Shown here in pieces: positions 42,840 to 58,504 of a stretch of 64,000 nucleotides of DNA (its first letter is position 1; every line of letters begins with the position of its first letter). The DNA comes from Octopus vulgaris (Eukaryota): positions 25,110,001 to 25,174,000 of the forward strand of contig OX597834.1 in assembly GCA_951406725.2 (NCBI GenBank), read 5' to 3'. Position numbers and translations under genes: made by a program. The notes under the pieces are model-generated. The model had not been told where the DNA came from. It worked only from the letters and a program-made list of their open reading frames with translations, and did no database searches.

Positions 42840-43895
42840 TAGATATCTAGAAATTAGTCTTTATCGTAAGGTTCTAGAAAAATACGGCAGCCCATTCTCC
42901 CACCACATAGGAAATAACTGGAAGAGATACCTGGATGACTGTTTCATTATTTGGCCTGAAAGTATAGAAAGAATTTCAAAACACTTATAAATGGACTTGA
43001 CGTAAACATTCAATTCACGATGGAATATAGCCATCAACAACTTCCTTTCCTCGACATCCTCATTAAGAAATCTAACAACGTAATAGAAACAGATATATAC
43101 TATAAGCCCACGGACTCCGAGCAATATCTACAGCTCAACTCATGCCAGCCCAGACACACCAGAATGAATATCTCCTTCAACCTAGCAAAAAGGATATGTA
43201 CTATAGTTTCTAATCCAATCACCAGGGCCACACGACTACATAAACTAAAGGGTACACTCATCACCAGGAACTACCCACCTACACTAACTGACATATACTT
43301 TCAACGTGCCCTGCAACTCAACATCCACGAACTCAGACATCCCAAATTAAAGAAGGATTTACAACCAAAAGCCCTACCATGCCTCTCCATACACAACCCT
43401 CTTAACAATGAAGCCTTTGACACCATCCTTCAAAACATTCCCCAGCTAAAAAAGGACCACATAATGAACTTAATCCACCAAACACTCACCATCATAAAAA
43501 GCAAGAGACAGCCCAAATCTATGAAAGGTCTCCTAACACAAACCCGAATATGCTCAACATCAACACTGAAGCTGTCAGTAAAAAAATTCAGAAGACCCAA
43601 CTGTGGGATATGCGTCAATTTAATTGAGAGATCAGAGTTCTCCTTCAAACAGGGACGACGTTTCACAATGAAAAGCAGCTTCACGTGTGCTTTGGAGAAC
43701 CTGATAAACGCACTAACATGCTCTGGGTGTCAAGACCAATACTTAAGCCAAACAAAAATCAGTCTACCTCAAAGAATGGCTCTGCACAGATCTCAGATCA
43801 AAATTCCTAAAAACAGAAAAATAGCATTCAACTAACAGATTTACATTTGCGCCAATAACAAAAGCCCAAGCTTCAGAATTTTTCTTCCTCTATCA
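42840..43895 (+). mobile_element. Penelope-like element fragment: RT C-terminus plus GIY-YIG endonuclease
   Basis: WKRYLDDCFIIW, LPFLDILI, TDIYYKPTD..QYL...SC.P, CGIC linker, FTCALENLINALTCSGCQDQYLSQT...RMALHRSQI. One frameshift near 42985. Confidence 0.9.
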
Positions 43896-43899
43896 ATAC

Positions 43900-44315
43900 A
43901 ATAGCGACCAGTTCTGGCATTTGTATAACACTGAATGCCATAGTTAGGTACTAGCCCTTCTAGGATTTTCCATACATATATAAATATATATATATATATA
44001 TATTTGTATATCTCTCACGCCTTAGTACCAGGGAATAAAGCTGTAGTTTTCTTAGCTTGTCCCCGTAGCTCATCCACTGCGCTGTTTCAATCTTTTTAGT
44101 GTAGTGGCGTTGGACTGCTTCAAGCTCCGCTGTCAGTTTGGCATTATGTGGTGACCATAATTGGGAGCAGTAGTCCAGGCGGTTCAGAAAAAAGGTTCTC
44201 CACAGGGTCAACATAGTTTCTTGGTCTCTTGTCTTGAAGGACCTCAGTATTCATCCTGTCAGTTGTCTGCTCTTTGCTGCCATCTTGCTAATGTGCATAT
44301 GAAATGATGCGTCAT
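43900..44315 (-). mobile_element. CR1-like LINE ORF2 C-terminal fragment
   Basis: RLDYCSQLWSPH...LEAVQRHYTKKI...SYGDKLRKLQLYSLVLRRERY; interrupted by (TA)n. Confidence 0.85.
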
Positions 44316-44956
44316 ATACATTTATACACACGCACACCCACACACGCACACCCAATATATATCACAAAAAATATAATGACATGAAGATGAGGTGAAACAA
44401 AAATTGTTTACGTTCAGGAAATAGGAGAAATTAGAAGGAAAAGTTTTTTTTACATTTCGAGCATACACTCTTGTTCTGAATGGCAAGAAATAAAAATGGA
44501 AAAAGTGAACACTTGTGTGTCGATCGAATGGTCATAGCATTCAAGCTTGTGACGGTGTCTTTATTCAGTCGGTCGATCAGAGAGAAACAGTAACCAAATC
44601 TCACTCGGTTCTTAATGTTCTGTTCCTTTCCGTTTTGTATTTTTCTTTCGGGTGAGAAAAAAAAAACACCAAGAACAAGTTAGGAACGTATTCGTAGAAA
44701 TATACAATCAGATAAATAACACGGGGCAGTTATGTGTGAAACGTCTCTAATGGTAGGCCTGTTGTAAGTATTACAATATATAGCAGAGACGTGTCAGGCA
44801 ATTACCCAGTGTCTCTTCTGACTCTGATATGATATTCCCAATGTCTCTAATTTAGATTACTTCCTCTGTTTATCAGTCTACGAATGGGCGAGTGAAGGTG
44901 GCAAGGTTTGTATCGGGCGTGTGTTCTACACACACACGCACACACACACACGTATA

Positions 44957-45000
<44 letters not shown>

Positions 45001-45006
45001 TGTATG

Positions 45007-45042
<36 letters not shown>

Positions 45043-45777
45043 CATATATATATATATATTGGAAAATGTGTTGTTGAAAATACACCTATATTTCAAAAAC
45101 TCGTAAATGTTTAAAGTACATCTATTTATGTATTTACCAAAATAGTTTCAACAATAGTTTTTGTTTATCAATAGTAAAGCTATGAATTAGAAAAACATCT
45201 TTAACCGTTTCAATGTTGACAAATTAAAATGTTTCAATGTTGATAAATTGACATGTTCAAAACAGATAAATTTAACGTTGTGAATTAGGAAGACAGGTAT
45301 AAGTTTGAATGTTCATAGCAGTCAATAATATTAAAACTGTATATCAATTTGTTGGAATGTACAACGTTCAGTAATTTTAGGGGTGGTCGACAAGTCATAC
45401 TGAAAAAAAAAAACAAGGGTGGAATGAAAATAGTAAAATAACGAATTTGGTTTACAGCTTTTCTGATCCTCTTCTAGTTGGAACTTTTACTTGTAGTGGT
45501 ATGTTTTGGGATCAGATGTATTTATAATTTTTGATTCGTTAAAATATTGCTGACGTTTTTTTTTTTCCCGTGGTCAAGCTTGTCGTTCTGCTTGGTTAGC
45601 CTCCCTGTGGAGACGGTCATAAGTCGTTCCGGTTGGTTGGTTCCTTAAAGAGTCATTTCGTTGTATTTGTTGATGTTCAGTTTTGATTGGTCTGGAAGAT
45701 TGTTACTAAAATTTGAAAACAAAAATTTTGTTGAAATTGAATCTTTTTTCTTTTCTTTTTACTGTTTTTTCTTCTTT

Positions 45778-46110
45778 CTAAAGGATATTCAGCCGTGGTT
45801 TATGTTTTTTAATCAGTATGTTTTCCTTATTTAAACGGAATTGGGTTGAAGTGTTTCCAGTGCATTGATAGAGAGGGAAGATTTGGTATTTAGGGTATAT
45901 GTCTATGGGGCATTGGTGTAGATGATTGCTTACGGGAATTTTCCCAGTGATGGGGTCCCGAATTTGTTGCCTGTGCACCGTAAGTCTATCTCTCAAAGTT
46001 AAGCTGATTTGACCAATGTAGTCACCACCACAACCTCCACATTTCAGAACATAGATTAAGTTCTTCGAAGCACAGGTGAAGTCATATTTTATGGTAAAAG
46101 TTTGACCTGA
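45778..46110 (-). mobile_element. Penelope-like GIY-YIG endonuclease 3' fragment
   Basis: FTIKYDFTCASKNLIYVLKCGGCGGDYIGQISLTLRDRLTVHRQQI...KENILIKKHKPRLN. Confidence 0.88.
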
Positions 46111-46637
46111 CTTAAATTTGCGTGTGTATACAAATATATATATATATATATATACAAGTTTCGCTTAAAAAAGAAAGTGGGGATGGAGAGGGAGCTACTG
46201 TCCTTGAGAATAAATGTATTGAAAGATATGTGAAAGTTGCAAAAATCGCGAGAGTGAAAGGCTCTAAGTAGAGGCTTGTGAGTTGGAGAAGAGGAACTGG
46301 AGAGGCCACTTCCTTTTGGTGCTAAGGGAAATCTTGGATGGTGATGTTCCTCGATTGTCCCTGAATGTTCTCTTGTATCAGGAGGACCACCTCACCGTAT
46401 CGCTTTCTTCTTTCACTGTCGTATGCTACATATTCTTCCCTTCTTTCTCTTATTATATACCATGTACACTTTCTATCTGTGTTTTTATATCCTTTCATTT
46501 TCTTTTATATCTGTCTTTATATTGTTTTCCTTATCTGTTGCCCCAGTAGCAGACAAAAGAAATCATTGTTGCCGTCGTCGTTGTCGTCGTGTCGTCGTGT
46601 CGTCGTCGTCGTCGTCGTCATCATCATCATCATCATC

Positions 46638-46737
<100 letters not shown>

Positions 46738-46745
46738 TATTATTA

Positions 46746-46829
<84 letters not shown>

Positions 46830-47116
46830 TTAAGATGGCGAGCTGGCAGAATCGAGCTGGCACTCTGGACGAAATGCTTAGCGGCATTTCGCCCGTCGCT
46901 ACGTTCTGAGTTCAAATACCGCTGAGGTCGACTTTGTCTTTCATACAGTCGATAGATTAAGTACCAGTTGAGTACTGGGCTAGATGTAATCGACTTGACC
47001 CCCTCCCCCAACTTCGAGGTCTTGTGCCTATAGCGGAAAGGATTAATATTATTTAACGGCAGAAGTTACAAAGTGACTCAATTCAAGGTTTGCATGGCTG
47101 GATCTTCCCTCACCCC

Positions 47117-47181
<65 letters not shown>

Positions 47182-47309
47182 CTAGCAGTCTCAGAAGCCA
47201 TGTAAAGTGTCATGGAGACTGCCAACACCCCTGACTAGGAGTTGACAGTACACACACACACGCATGTTATATAAATAGATAGATAGATATACATTTGCAT
47301 GTATATATT

Positions 47310-47423
<114 letters not shown>

Positions 47424-47440
47424 ATATGAATATATATATG

Positions 47441-47471
<31 letters not shown>

Positions 47472-47645
47472 GCATGCGAAAATACATATATATTTATACA
47501 TATGAATATATATGTGTATGTATAAATATAAGTGTGTGTGTGTGTATACATATATACACATGTATAACTATATATACATGTATAACTATATGCACATACA
47601 TACGTAGTGCGTATATACATATACATGTCCATGCATACATACATG

Positions 47646-47680
<35 letters not shown>

Positions 47681-47929
47681 GTGTGTGTGTGTGTGTATGG
47701 TGGTGGTGCTGGTGGAGTGTAAGTAGAGAGGAAGTAAGGATGTGAATAGAGGTAGTAGATGAGGAAAAACCGCAGAAGCCGAGGTGAGAGAAGCCGCCAT
47801 CTTTCTTTTGCTATTGTTCATAATTTTTTTTTTTCATCCTCTCTTCTTCACTTCCTTCCTTCCTGCTTCTGCTATTATTGTTGCTCTTCCGGTTGCTGCT
47901 GCTACTTCAATTGCTGCTGCAATTGCTAA

Positions 47930-47962
<33 letters not shown>

Positions 47963-48367
47963 AACAGTTTCCGCTGCTATTGCTGTCGTTACTCCAGTTA
48001 CTCATTTACCAGCGTTTCTTACTCTTGCTGCTGCTGCTGCTGCTGCTGCTACTGCCGCTTCTTCTTTTTCTTCTTCTTCTTCTTCTTCTTCTTCTTCTTC
48101 TTCTTCTTCTTCTTTTTCTTTTTCTTCTTCTTCTTCTTCTTCTTCTTCTTCTTCTTCTTCTTCTTCTTCTTCTTCTTCTTCTTCTTCTACTTCTTCTTCT
48201 TATGCTGCTGCTGCTGCTCTTCTGCTGCTGCACATGATGATGATGATGCTGGTAGTGGTGGTGGTGGTGCAGATGATGTAGTGGTAGTGGTGGTGGTGGT
48301 GGTGGTGGTGGTGGTGGTGGTGACTATGGAAATGCTGCTGCTGCTGGTGATGTTGGTGGTGAGGATA

Positions 48368-48416
<49 letters not shown>

Positions 48417-48437
48417 CGATGATGATGATGATGATTG

Positions 48438-48536
<99 letters not shown>

Positions 48537-48539
48537 GTA

Positions 48540-48589
<50 letters not shown>

Positions 48590-48745
48590 GGTGATGGTGA
48601 TGGTGATGATGAGGGTGATGATGATGATGATTGTGATGATGACTATGATGGTGATGATGTTGATGATCATAATGGAGCTGATGGTGAGGATGATGATTAC
48701 ATTGATGATGATTATGATGATGGTCATCATCATGAAACTTGCCCC

Positions 48746-48777
<32 letters not shown>

Positions 48778-49554
48778 AGTTGTCTTTGTTGTAATTACTG
48801 CCTCTGTTGCTGTGATGGTGTTGTTGTTGCTGTTTTGCAGTTCTTGATTTCTTTAAGCTGTTCTCGACTTTCTTGATGTTCTTTCAACCGTTTTATGTCG
48901 TTCTTCTCTTTCTTTCTCCTCTCGTCATCATCACTGTAATCATCATCATCACTCGTCGTCGTCATCATCATGATTCTTCTCCTCAGCCTTTCTTTCTTTC
49001 TTCTTCTTCTTCTTCTTCTCTTTCTTTTCCTTCTCCTTTTTCTTCTTCTTAACCTTCTTCCTCTTCTCCTTCTCCTTCTCCTTCTCTTCCCCCCTCCTCC
49101 TCCTTCTCCTCCTTCTCCTTCTTCTTCTTCTTCTTCTTCTTCTCTCATTCTTCTTCTACTCATAATCTTTCTTCTTCTTCTTCTTCTTCTTCTTCTTCTT
49201 CTTCTTCTTCTTCTTCTTCTTCTTCTCCTTCGTCTTCTCCTTCTTATCCTTCTACTTCTCCTTCTCCTTCATATACTTTTCCTTTTTCTTCCTCTTCTCC
49301 ATCTCCTTCTTCCGCTTCTTCTTCACCTTCTTCTTCTTCTTCTTCTTCTTCTTCTTCTTCTTCTTCTTCTTCTTCTTCTTCTTCTTCTTCAACTCCTCCC
49401 GCTTCTTGATGTTGGTTCTCTTCTCTTTTAAGTTGTTCTCTTGCTGACAATGATGATGACGATGATGATGCTGATGATATTTCTGCGGTTGTTGCTAGAA
49501 CCTTTGTTGTTTTTGACATTGTGTTTTACTTCATTTTGTTGTTGTTTATTATGA

Positions 49555-49585
<31 letters not shown>

Positions 49586-50049
49586 CTGTTGTTTTTCTAA
49601 ATCTTTTAAACCCGTTTGACACATTAACCGATTCTGTTCTCTATTATCGGTTGCTTTCCATGTTTCAAATAAATGTCTTCGGTTGGAACAACGCCACTTC
49701 AAACACTGGCAGCGGTAACAACAACAACAACAACAAACAACAATAGTCACCGCAGTAATAACAGTTACATTGACAACAATTACAACATCGACGACGTCAA
49801 CAACAGCAGCAGCAACAACAACAATAGCAAAAAATGAGAACCACAAGGACATGGGCGAAACTACAACAGTGATATATGTTGAAACACCATCTACAACTTC
49901 AACAACAACAACAACAACAACAATAACAGCAGCAACAACCGCAACAGAGGTAGCAATAACAAAAAGGTTGATGATGATGATCATCATCATCACCATCATC
50001 GTCGTCGTCGTCATCGTGATCATCATCATCCTCATCATCGTCGTCGTCG

Positions 50050-50081
<32 letters not shown>

Positions 50082-50500
50082 ATCGTCATCATCATCATCG
50101 TCGTCGTCGTCGTCGTCATCGTCATCATCATCACCATCATCGTCGTCGTCATCGTCATCATCATCATCATCGTCGTCGTCGTCATCGTCATCACCATCAT
50201 CATCATCGTCGTCGTCGTCATCGTCATCATCATCATCATCATCATCGTCGTCGTCGTCATCATCGTCATCACCATCATCATCATCGTCGTCGTCGTCATC
50301 GTCATCATCATCATCATCATCGTCGTCGTCGTCATCGTCATCATCATCATCATCATCATCGTCGTCGTCGTCGTCATCGTCATCATCATCATCATCATCG
50401 TCGTTGTCGTCATCATCATCATCATCGTCGTCGTCATCGTCATCATCATCATCATCATCATCATCGTCGTCGCCGTCGTCGTCATCATCATTATCATCAG
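47930..50500. repeat. Field of trinucleotide tracts (GTT, GCT, TTC, GGT, GAT, ATC/GTC)
   Basis: Directly visible; source of the homopolymer ORFs. Confidence 0.95.
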
Positions 50501-50643
50501 TAGCAGAAGCAAGAGTAGGAAAAACTAAGATTCGCTGGAGAAACTATACATACATATATATATATATTTATAATATAATAAACAAAATATATGCATATAT
50601 ACATACATATATGTACATACTTACATCTACTTGTATATATACA

Positions 50644-50677
<34 letters not shown>

Positions 50678-51365
50678 TACAGGGCACCACAAATAAACGT
50701 AGAACACAACGAGACGAAAACATAAAATCAAACAAGGAAACGGACTTTTTTTAAAACAACGAAAAAACAGAGTACAGGACAAACAATACAAGGAAAATCC
50801 CCCTTCATCAGCCGCCCCTGGTTCGACTCAATGCGTGTTTCGAAGGTAAGGGCAGAACACGGCCAGCCCGAAGCAATCCTTCCTGCAAAAGGAATTAAAT
50901 AAAATTATTTTGCAGAGGGGTAAAACAAGTGATAAGAACAGGACGTAAAAGCAATACAAATGAAGAAAAAACAGTAGAAAAAAACAGTACAAATAAAGAA
51001 ACAGGACAGGGAACCAACAATAAGGGCTTTTTTTGCCTAGACGGTGGAAAAATTAGTTAGAACGCATGTGAAAAATCGGCTTGCAAAGGACAGAGAAGTC
51101 GATCTATACTTGTTGAAGCACGAAGCTGAAAGAAAGTTTTAGCAGCCCTCTGGTCAGGAGGAGGAGGAGGAGAGAGAGAGAGAGAGAGAGGAAAAGAAAC
51201 CAGAAAGGGTGAAAAATAAGAAGGAAAGAGACAAGTAGAGAGGAAGACAGACGGGTCGGTACTAATCGTCAGATTCCGGACCACATCGCCACGAGCATAA
51301 GACTTTATGAATGAATTAGCGAATTGCTAATGTGTATACGAATAATTGGTGAAACGGCTGCCTCA

Positions 51366-51459
<94 letters not shown>

Positions 51460-52016
51460 TATATATATATATGAAAAAATACGCAGAGATGGTTTTTGCG
51501 GGGAATAATTTTTATTTTGATCATAAAGTTTACAGTGAGTGATTCTGGTATGAATTTCAAGCTTCAAATAACCGTTTTCCAACAGAAAAATCAGTTTCAA
51601 AACGGCTATTTGAATCTTGAAACTCGTACCAGAGTCACTCACTGTGAACAGTATTATTACAATTAAAATCATCCACTCCGCCCCACCCCAGAATAGCCAT
51701 CTCTGCTAATTTTTTTCAGATAATAATACTGTACTAAGAACTTTCTTTTAATTATTCCACTATATAAATATAAATACACGCACACATACACAAACAAACA
51801 CACACACATATAACTGTACCGAATGTACAATACTACCGAGAATAACAAAAGCAGTACTACAACCTTAACTGCTATCTTCACCAACAACCACAACAACAGT
51901 CGCAGCATTGGCAGCAACAATATCGAATTCATTGACAAATTTACGACATCAATACCAGTTATATCACCAACAACCACACTAAACAATATGGAACCCAACA
52001 ACGACGATTTCTACAA

Positions 52017-52250
52017 TACCTATTTCTTTATTACCCACAAGGGGCTAAACATAGAGGGGACAAACAAGGACAGACATAGGTATTAAGTCGATTACATCGA
52101 CCCCAGTCCGTAACTGGTGCTTAATTTATCGACCCCGAAAGGATGAAAGGCAAAGTCGACCTCGGCGGAATTTGAACTCACAGCGTAACGACAGACGAAA
52201 TACCGCTAAGCATTTCGCCCGGCGTGCTAACGTTTCTGCCAGCTCACACC
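52017..52250 (-). mobile_element. SINE family A ending a few bases into a second unit
   Basis: Minus strand ends ...AAAGAAATAGGTATT, which is the dimer junction. Confidence 0.85.
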
Positions 52251-53469
52251 ACCAATAACAACAACAACCATGACAACAACAGTAGCAGCAGCAGTAACAA
52301 GCAACATCAACCACATCGATACTTGGCTCCAAAACCAGCCCCTAAGATGAACCATGACGTAGTCGCTCAACCTATCATTTGAATGTACTCTGGAAAAGAT
52401 ACCGAGTTGTCACAGTCACAACACATTTGACTAAAGACTTCAAGGTTCAGAGCAAAGCTGGAACAAAATTTTAAGTAGCAAAAATGATAACAATAAGAGC
52501 AACTACCATATTAAAAAATGGTAGCAAGAGTAAAAACACAAAGGAGTCTCTAAGTAGTTACTCTCTAAGTAGTTGCCCTAAATACTAGAAATAGCAGTCA
52601 AATTTCCTTCAGACTATGCTCTATCATCTTGTTAAAGAAAACATTTGAACGATGCATGTGAAAGGACAATGTAGCGGTATTTTGGAACGGTTTCTGATTA
52701 TAGGTTTGTCTGTCTGCTCTTTTGAAAAGACTTGGGGCGGTACAACAACAACAATGGCCGTTGTTACAAAGACTCAGCAACAACAACAACATCAATGCTG
52801 ATGATAACAATAACGACACTCACAGAAAAATAACAGCAACGGTAAGAAAAAAAACAACGATAAAAGTAATAGGAACAATACTAACGAAAATGAAACAGTA
52901 TTAGCAAAAAACATCATCAATAACAACAGCCGTAGTACCAACAACAACAACAATAGCAACAACAACAACAATAAGTGTGACTGTGGCAATAACAACAGCG
53001 ACCACGCCACCTATGGCAACATAGCTAAAGTCAGTGAAACTATTGTACTTACAAAACTAACACGAAAACAATTAGCCAAAATATTAAAACAACATGGAGG
53101 TAGTCAGATAAACTAACAAGAGACGGGAAGGAGGAAGTGGAGGCGGCGGCGGGAAGAACTGCCATTATTATATATATATATGCATGCTCACACTTTTCTG
53201 TCACGGATGCACACACAGACACGCAGACACATACACAGAGGCACAAATACACAAATACACAGACACATACAGATATATGTCCACAGACAGACAGACAGAC
53301 AGGCAGGCAGGCACACACACACACACACATACAAACACACACACTCGAATCGCCAATAATCGCCGACACACAAAACAGTTTAATAACTTCTAGAACACAA
53401 TGCACAAAAATGCTTCGGTGTTCCAGACAACAAACAGAAGAATAAAAACAGGAGAGGAAAGAAGAAGAA

Positions 53470-53514
<45 letters not shown>

Positions 53515-54209
53515 GAGGAAGAAGAAGAAGAAGAAGAAGAAGAAGAAGAAGAAGAAGAAGAAGAAGAAGAAGAAGAAGAAGAAGAAGAAGAAGAAGAAGA
53601 AGAAGAAGAAGAAGAAGAAGAAGAAGAAGAAGAAGAAGAAGAAGAAGAAGAAGAAATGAACAAGAGTAACAATAAGCAAGGGAGCCACTAAGGGTTGATG
53701 GAAGTCTTGGAAATAGCTGCCAATTCTTTCTCAGTATCATCTTATTGACTGAAAAATGTGAACAACACCTTAGATTTTGTAGCCCTTTATGCCCTTTTTA
53801 TATATGAAATTAAAAAAAAAACTGAGGGTCTAGTCACATCTAGAAGGAGTTTGATCATAGGTGAAGCAGACCTGGTGCTAAACATAAATAACAGCAACAA
53901 TGTAAGTAGTAACAAAGGAATCGAGACAACAATAATAAGAATAATAACAAATACTACGGTAAAAAACAGGAATTGTAACAACAGCAATGTAATTTTAATA
54001 TCAACAATATTAACGTAAAAACTGTTGCAACAGCAACAACAACAACAACAACAACAGCAATAACGACGACGACAACAACAACAGCATCAACATCACCCAT
54101 AGCAACATAGCCAAAGTCAGTCAGTTAGATTGTACTAACGAAACCAGCACGAAAACAATTGAAAAAGGAAAAATATATAAATAAGTAAATGTTGATGATA
54201 ATAATAATA

Positions 54210-54368
<159 letters not shown>

Positions 54369-54410
54369 GTAATAATAATATTAATAATAATAATAATGAT
54401 AATAATAATA

Positions 54411-54447
<37 letters not shown>

Positions 54448-54503
54448 GTATTAGAAATAGAAGTAGTAGTAGTAGTAGAAGTAGTAATAATAATAGTAGT
54501 AGC

Positions 54504-54549
<46 letters not shown>

Positions 54550-54564
54550 ATAATAGTAGTAGTA

Positions 54565-54621
<57 letters not shown>

Positions 54622-55167
54622 TGATAGTGATAATAATAAACCAAGATGGTAGTTGTCAGATAAACGAACAAGAATCGGGAAAAGGGAAGCGGGAAGTAGA
54701 AAGTGGAGAAGCGGGAAGTAACACCATTTTTATTCATTCACAACATTCACACCTTGCTACACATACACACACACATGCACGCATGCGCACACCTCTTACG
54801 CACACACACACACACACACACACACACGTACATATACTCAGATAAACCACCAAAAATCGACAACACAAGAAAAAACACTCTCCAAACTTGTGAAACACAA
54901 TGCAGCAAAACACAATAGATTGAAAAGCAAACGAAAAAAAAAAAAAGAAAAAGAAACCATTTCGTCTTGAACTAGGAAGAGCAATCAGCAACAGACTGCA
55001 ACGAGCTCCAACACCCAGTCACGACAGAAAAACATCTTAAAAAGATATTAAAAAGATATTGATTTAAAACTGAGGTACAAACCCAGACATGTTTGGAAGA
55101 GAGAAGAGTGCAACAGTTTCATTAAATCCATATCAGTATCCAGCTAATGTTTCATGCTTATAGATAA

Positions 55168-55550
55168 TCGCAGGCGTGGCTGTGTGGTAAATAGCTTGCT
55201 TTTGAACCACATGCTTCGGGGGTTCGGTCCTACTGCATGACACCTTGGGCAAATGTCTTTTACTATAGCCTCGGGCCGACCAAAGCCTTGTGAATGGATT
55301 TGGTACACGGAAACTGTGTGTGTGTGTATGTATGTTTTTATATCTGTGTTTGTCTCTCACCACTGCTTGAAAACCGGTGTTGGTGTGTTTACGTCTCCAT
55401 GACTTAGCCGTTCATGAAAAGGGAAATGATAGAATAAGTACTAGGCTTAAAAAAGAAAAAAAAATGTACTGGGGTGAATTCATTCTGCAAAAAATTCTAC
55501 AAAGTGGTGCCCTAGCATGGCCGCAGTCTAATGACTGAAACAAGTAAAAA
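55168..55550 (+). mobile_element. SINE family B
   Basis: Head CGCAGGCGTGGCTGTGTGG through tail GCAGTCTAATGACTGAAACAAGTAAAA. Confidence 0.82.
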
Positions 55551-55919
55551 GGTAGAAGACACAAGATCACATTGATGAAGACGGAAATTTGGGAGGTCAG
55601 TTATAAGGAAACCAGTTCATAACTGGGGTTTATTTTATACGTAAAACACAGGAAATTTGAGTAAAAAAGACAGTCTAGGTTCTAGGCACGCAAAATGTTA
55701 AGCTGTGATTTCATGGGTATTTGGATGTTATTTCTAGCAGGATTAGTTATAACGTATTTATTTTGCAAGATATCTGGCTATGTGCAAAGAAGTATTTAAA
55801 CCATATTTAATCCAATATCTACGGATTATTATTTATATCTGTGTCTACCTCAAATCTAGCCGTTAAAACGAATTATTTTACGATCTCTCGAAGTTTCTAA
55901 GTTCTTATGACGTAAACAT

Positions 55920-55951
<32 letters not shown>

Positions 55952-56010
55952 TGTATGTATGTATGTATGTATGTATGTATGTATGTATGTATGTATACAT
56001 ATATATATAT

Positions 56011-56041
<31 letters not shown>

Positions 56042-56059
56042 TTTATACATACATACATA

Positions 56060-56159
<100 letters not shown>

Positions 56160-56301
56160 TATGCAGGAAGTAAATAGACACCTTTAATTTTCAAAATTCC
56201 TTATCTAAGCGTCTTAATGTTTTCAGCGGTGTAGAATTTACAACGTAATTATTCCTTTTCATTCCAGGTACCAGTATATTAAACATTTGTGAAGAGTAAC
56301 C

Positions 56302-56571
56302 ATGCCACGCACAAAAAATTCTGCAGAACTGTCAGATTTTCAAAGAGGTCGTATTGTTGGACAATCTGAGGCTGGTCTTAGCCAGTGAAAAATTGCCGAA
56401 AGTCTTCAAATTCCTGTTGCTACTGTTAATAGAATTATAGTGCAATTCAAAAGCCAAGTAAAAAAATCAGCAGATGCTCGTCACAGCTGACCTGGGCCCT
56501 CGGAAAGGAAGCTTCGCTGTTTGAAGAGAATTGTGGAAAATGAACCGCGTTCGAAGGCTTCTGACGTAGCA
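56302..56571 (+). pseudogene. Tc1-like transposase N-terminal (paired HTH) fragment
   Basis: [45 protein letters not shown]...*PG..SERKLRCLKRIV. Confidence 0.8.
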
Positions 56572-56579
56572 AAACCGCT

Positions 56580-56860
56580 CAAAGGCCTGCGCCAAGTTGC
56601 CGTGTTTGTGCCAAAACTACTGTCAGCTAAACTAAAAGATACTCGGATTTCAACTGCACGAAATCTCCTTGATTGTGTCGAGAACTATGAAAACTTTTTG
56701 AGAACTTTGCATAGTTCTCTGATCAGGTATCGTCAAGCTTTTGGCAAAATTTGATGCAGATTATCCGCTCAGTTTTCTCTGTCATGATCAATGCGACGAT
56801 CACACGCTACACACTTTCCTTTCAAGCACTGCTGTAAACAGCGGAAGTGAGCTACAATGT
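56580..56860 (-). mobile_element. Deleted mariner derivative (5' end)
   Basis: Minus translation MTEKTERIICIKFCQKL matches the mariner N-terminal 'EQRxxIKFC' motif. Confidence 0.55.
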
Positions 56861-57320
56861 TAAAAATTATTGCGCATACACATCAAAGTTCAAGGTCAAT
56901 ATGTGCCAAGTGGTTTTACTCTGCATGCTTTAGCTTCGTTACTATGGCAACACACCTGTATATATACAGATCACGTACATGTATATATACAGAACTGTAC
57001 GTGTTCGGATGCGGTCTTAATATGCAAAGAAATTTTGGGAGCTGGATGAAGTTTCATGTTGGTTACACACTTTCTACCGAAATTTCGAAATACTAGACAC
57101 TGCGATTGGTATGCATTCGCCTTGTAGCATTCCTAAATTTCTTTTTAACGTTGTCAAGATTATACATTGTAAAGTATTCAATAGAAGTGTAGTTACAAGA
57201 ATTATAAAGTTACGGGTATTTATATGTGTACGGGGGGGGGGGGGGATAGCGAATCAAAACGTAAAATTTAAAGGTTATAAAATATTCGATCACTATGCGT
57301 TCATGATGATATGTGATAAT

Positions 57321-57512
57321 TATTATTATTATTATTGTTCGACCGTGGTCGAGACAATGGAATTTACCATGCTACGCCAGACTTCACGGTCCATCATGGC
57401 ATTACGGAGGTCCTGTTGCTGGATGCCTGTATCCCTGGAGATTACATCAGGGTAGGAGAGTGTGCGCCCTCTGGTATTGCGAGTAGATGGCTTCCAGAGG
57501 AGAAGAGTAGAA
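57321..57512 (-). mobile_element. RTE-clade LINE 3' end with (AAT)n tail and 10-bp TSD
   Basis: STLLLWKPSTRNTRGRTLSYPDVISRDTGIQQQDLRNAMMDREVWRSMVNSIVSTTVEQ*. ATGTGATAAT at 57311-57320 and 57513-57522. Confidence 0.85.
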
Positions 57513-57561
57513 ATGTGATAATAATATTTATCTAAAAGTAAATATATATATATATAAGTAA

Positions 57562-57615
<54 letters not shown>

Positions 57616-57889
57616 AATATTTTTAAATTGTCAAAACTAGGCTTTATAAAATTGTCTACAGCAAAAGTACAGCCATTTTAACTCACTGAAATAGACAGTC
57701 TTCATCCATTATCAGAACACCGATCGAATAACTGCGAATATATTCGCTCGAAATCTATGGTATCGGACAATTAGATTTCTCTCTCCGCCTCTCTCTCTCT
57801 TTCCCCCTTCCTCTCTCTCTCTCTCTCTTTTCTTTCACTCAATATATAAAATTTACTCACAGACAGACACACAGGAACATACGGGCGCG

Positions 57890-57941
<52 letters not shown>

Positions 57942-58504
57942 GTATGTGTGTGTGAATGTCTGTGTGTGTATATGTGGTGTGCATGATGTTGGTTGGAGCT
58001 TCTGAAGAAAGGCATCTTTGTCAATATCATGTGTATGTGCATCATATTGTGTATGCATTCATTTTCTGTATGTATGTATGTATGTATGTATGTATGTATG
58101 CATGCATGTATGTATGCATGCATGTATGTATGTATGTATGTATGTATGCATGCATGTATGTATGTATGTATGTATGTATGTATGTATGTATGTATGTATG
58201 CATGCATGTATGTATGCATGCATGTATGTATGTATGTATGTATGTATCTATGTATGCATGCATGTATGTATGTATGTATGTATGTATGTATGTATGTATG
58301 TATACATGCATGCATGTATGTATGTATGTATGTATGTATGCATGCATGTATGTATGTATGTATGTATGTATGTATGTATGTATGTATGTATGTATGCATG
58401 CATGTATGTATGCATGCATGTATGTATGTATGTATGTATGTATGCATGCATGTATGCATGCATGTATGTATGTATGTATGAATCTATGTATGTATATATG
58501 TATG

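Noticed and set aside
48200-50528. Poly-Asp/His/Met ORFs suggesting an acidic or metal-binding protein
   Set aside because: (GAT)n and (ATC/GTC)n microsatellites within a larger field of trinucleotide tracts.
50790-50850. Hammerhead from CTGATGA and GAAAC on the minus strand
   Set aside because: Both core words occur, but I could not form consistent stems I and III.
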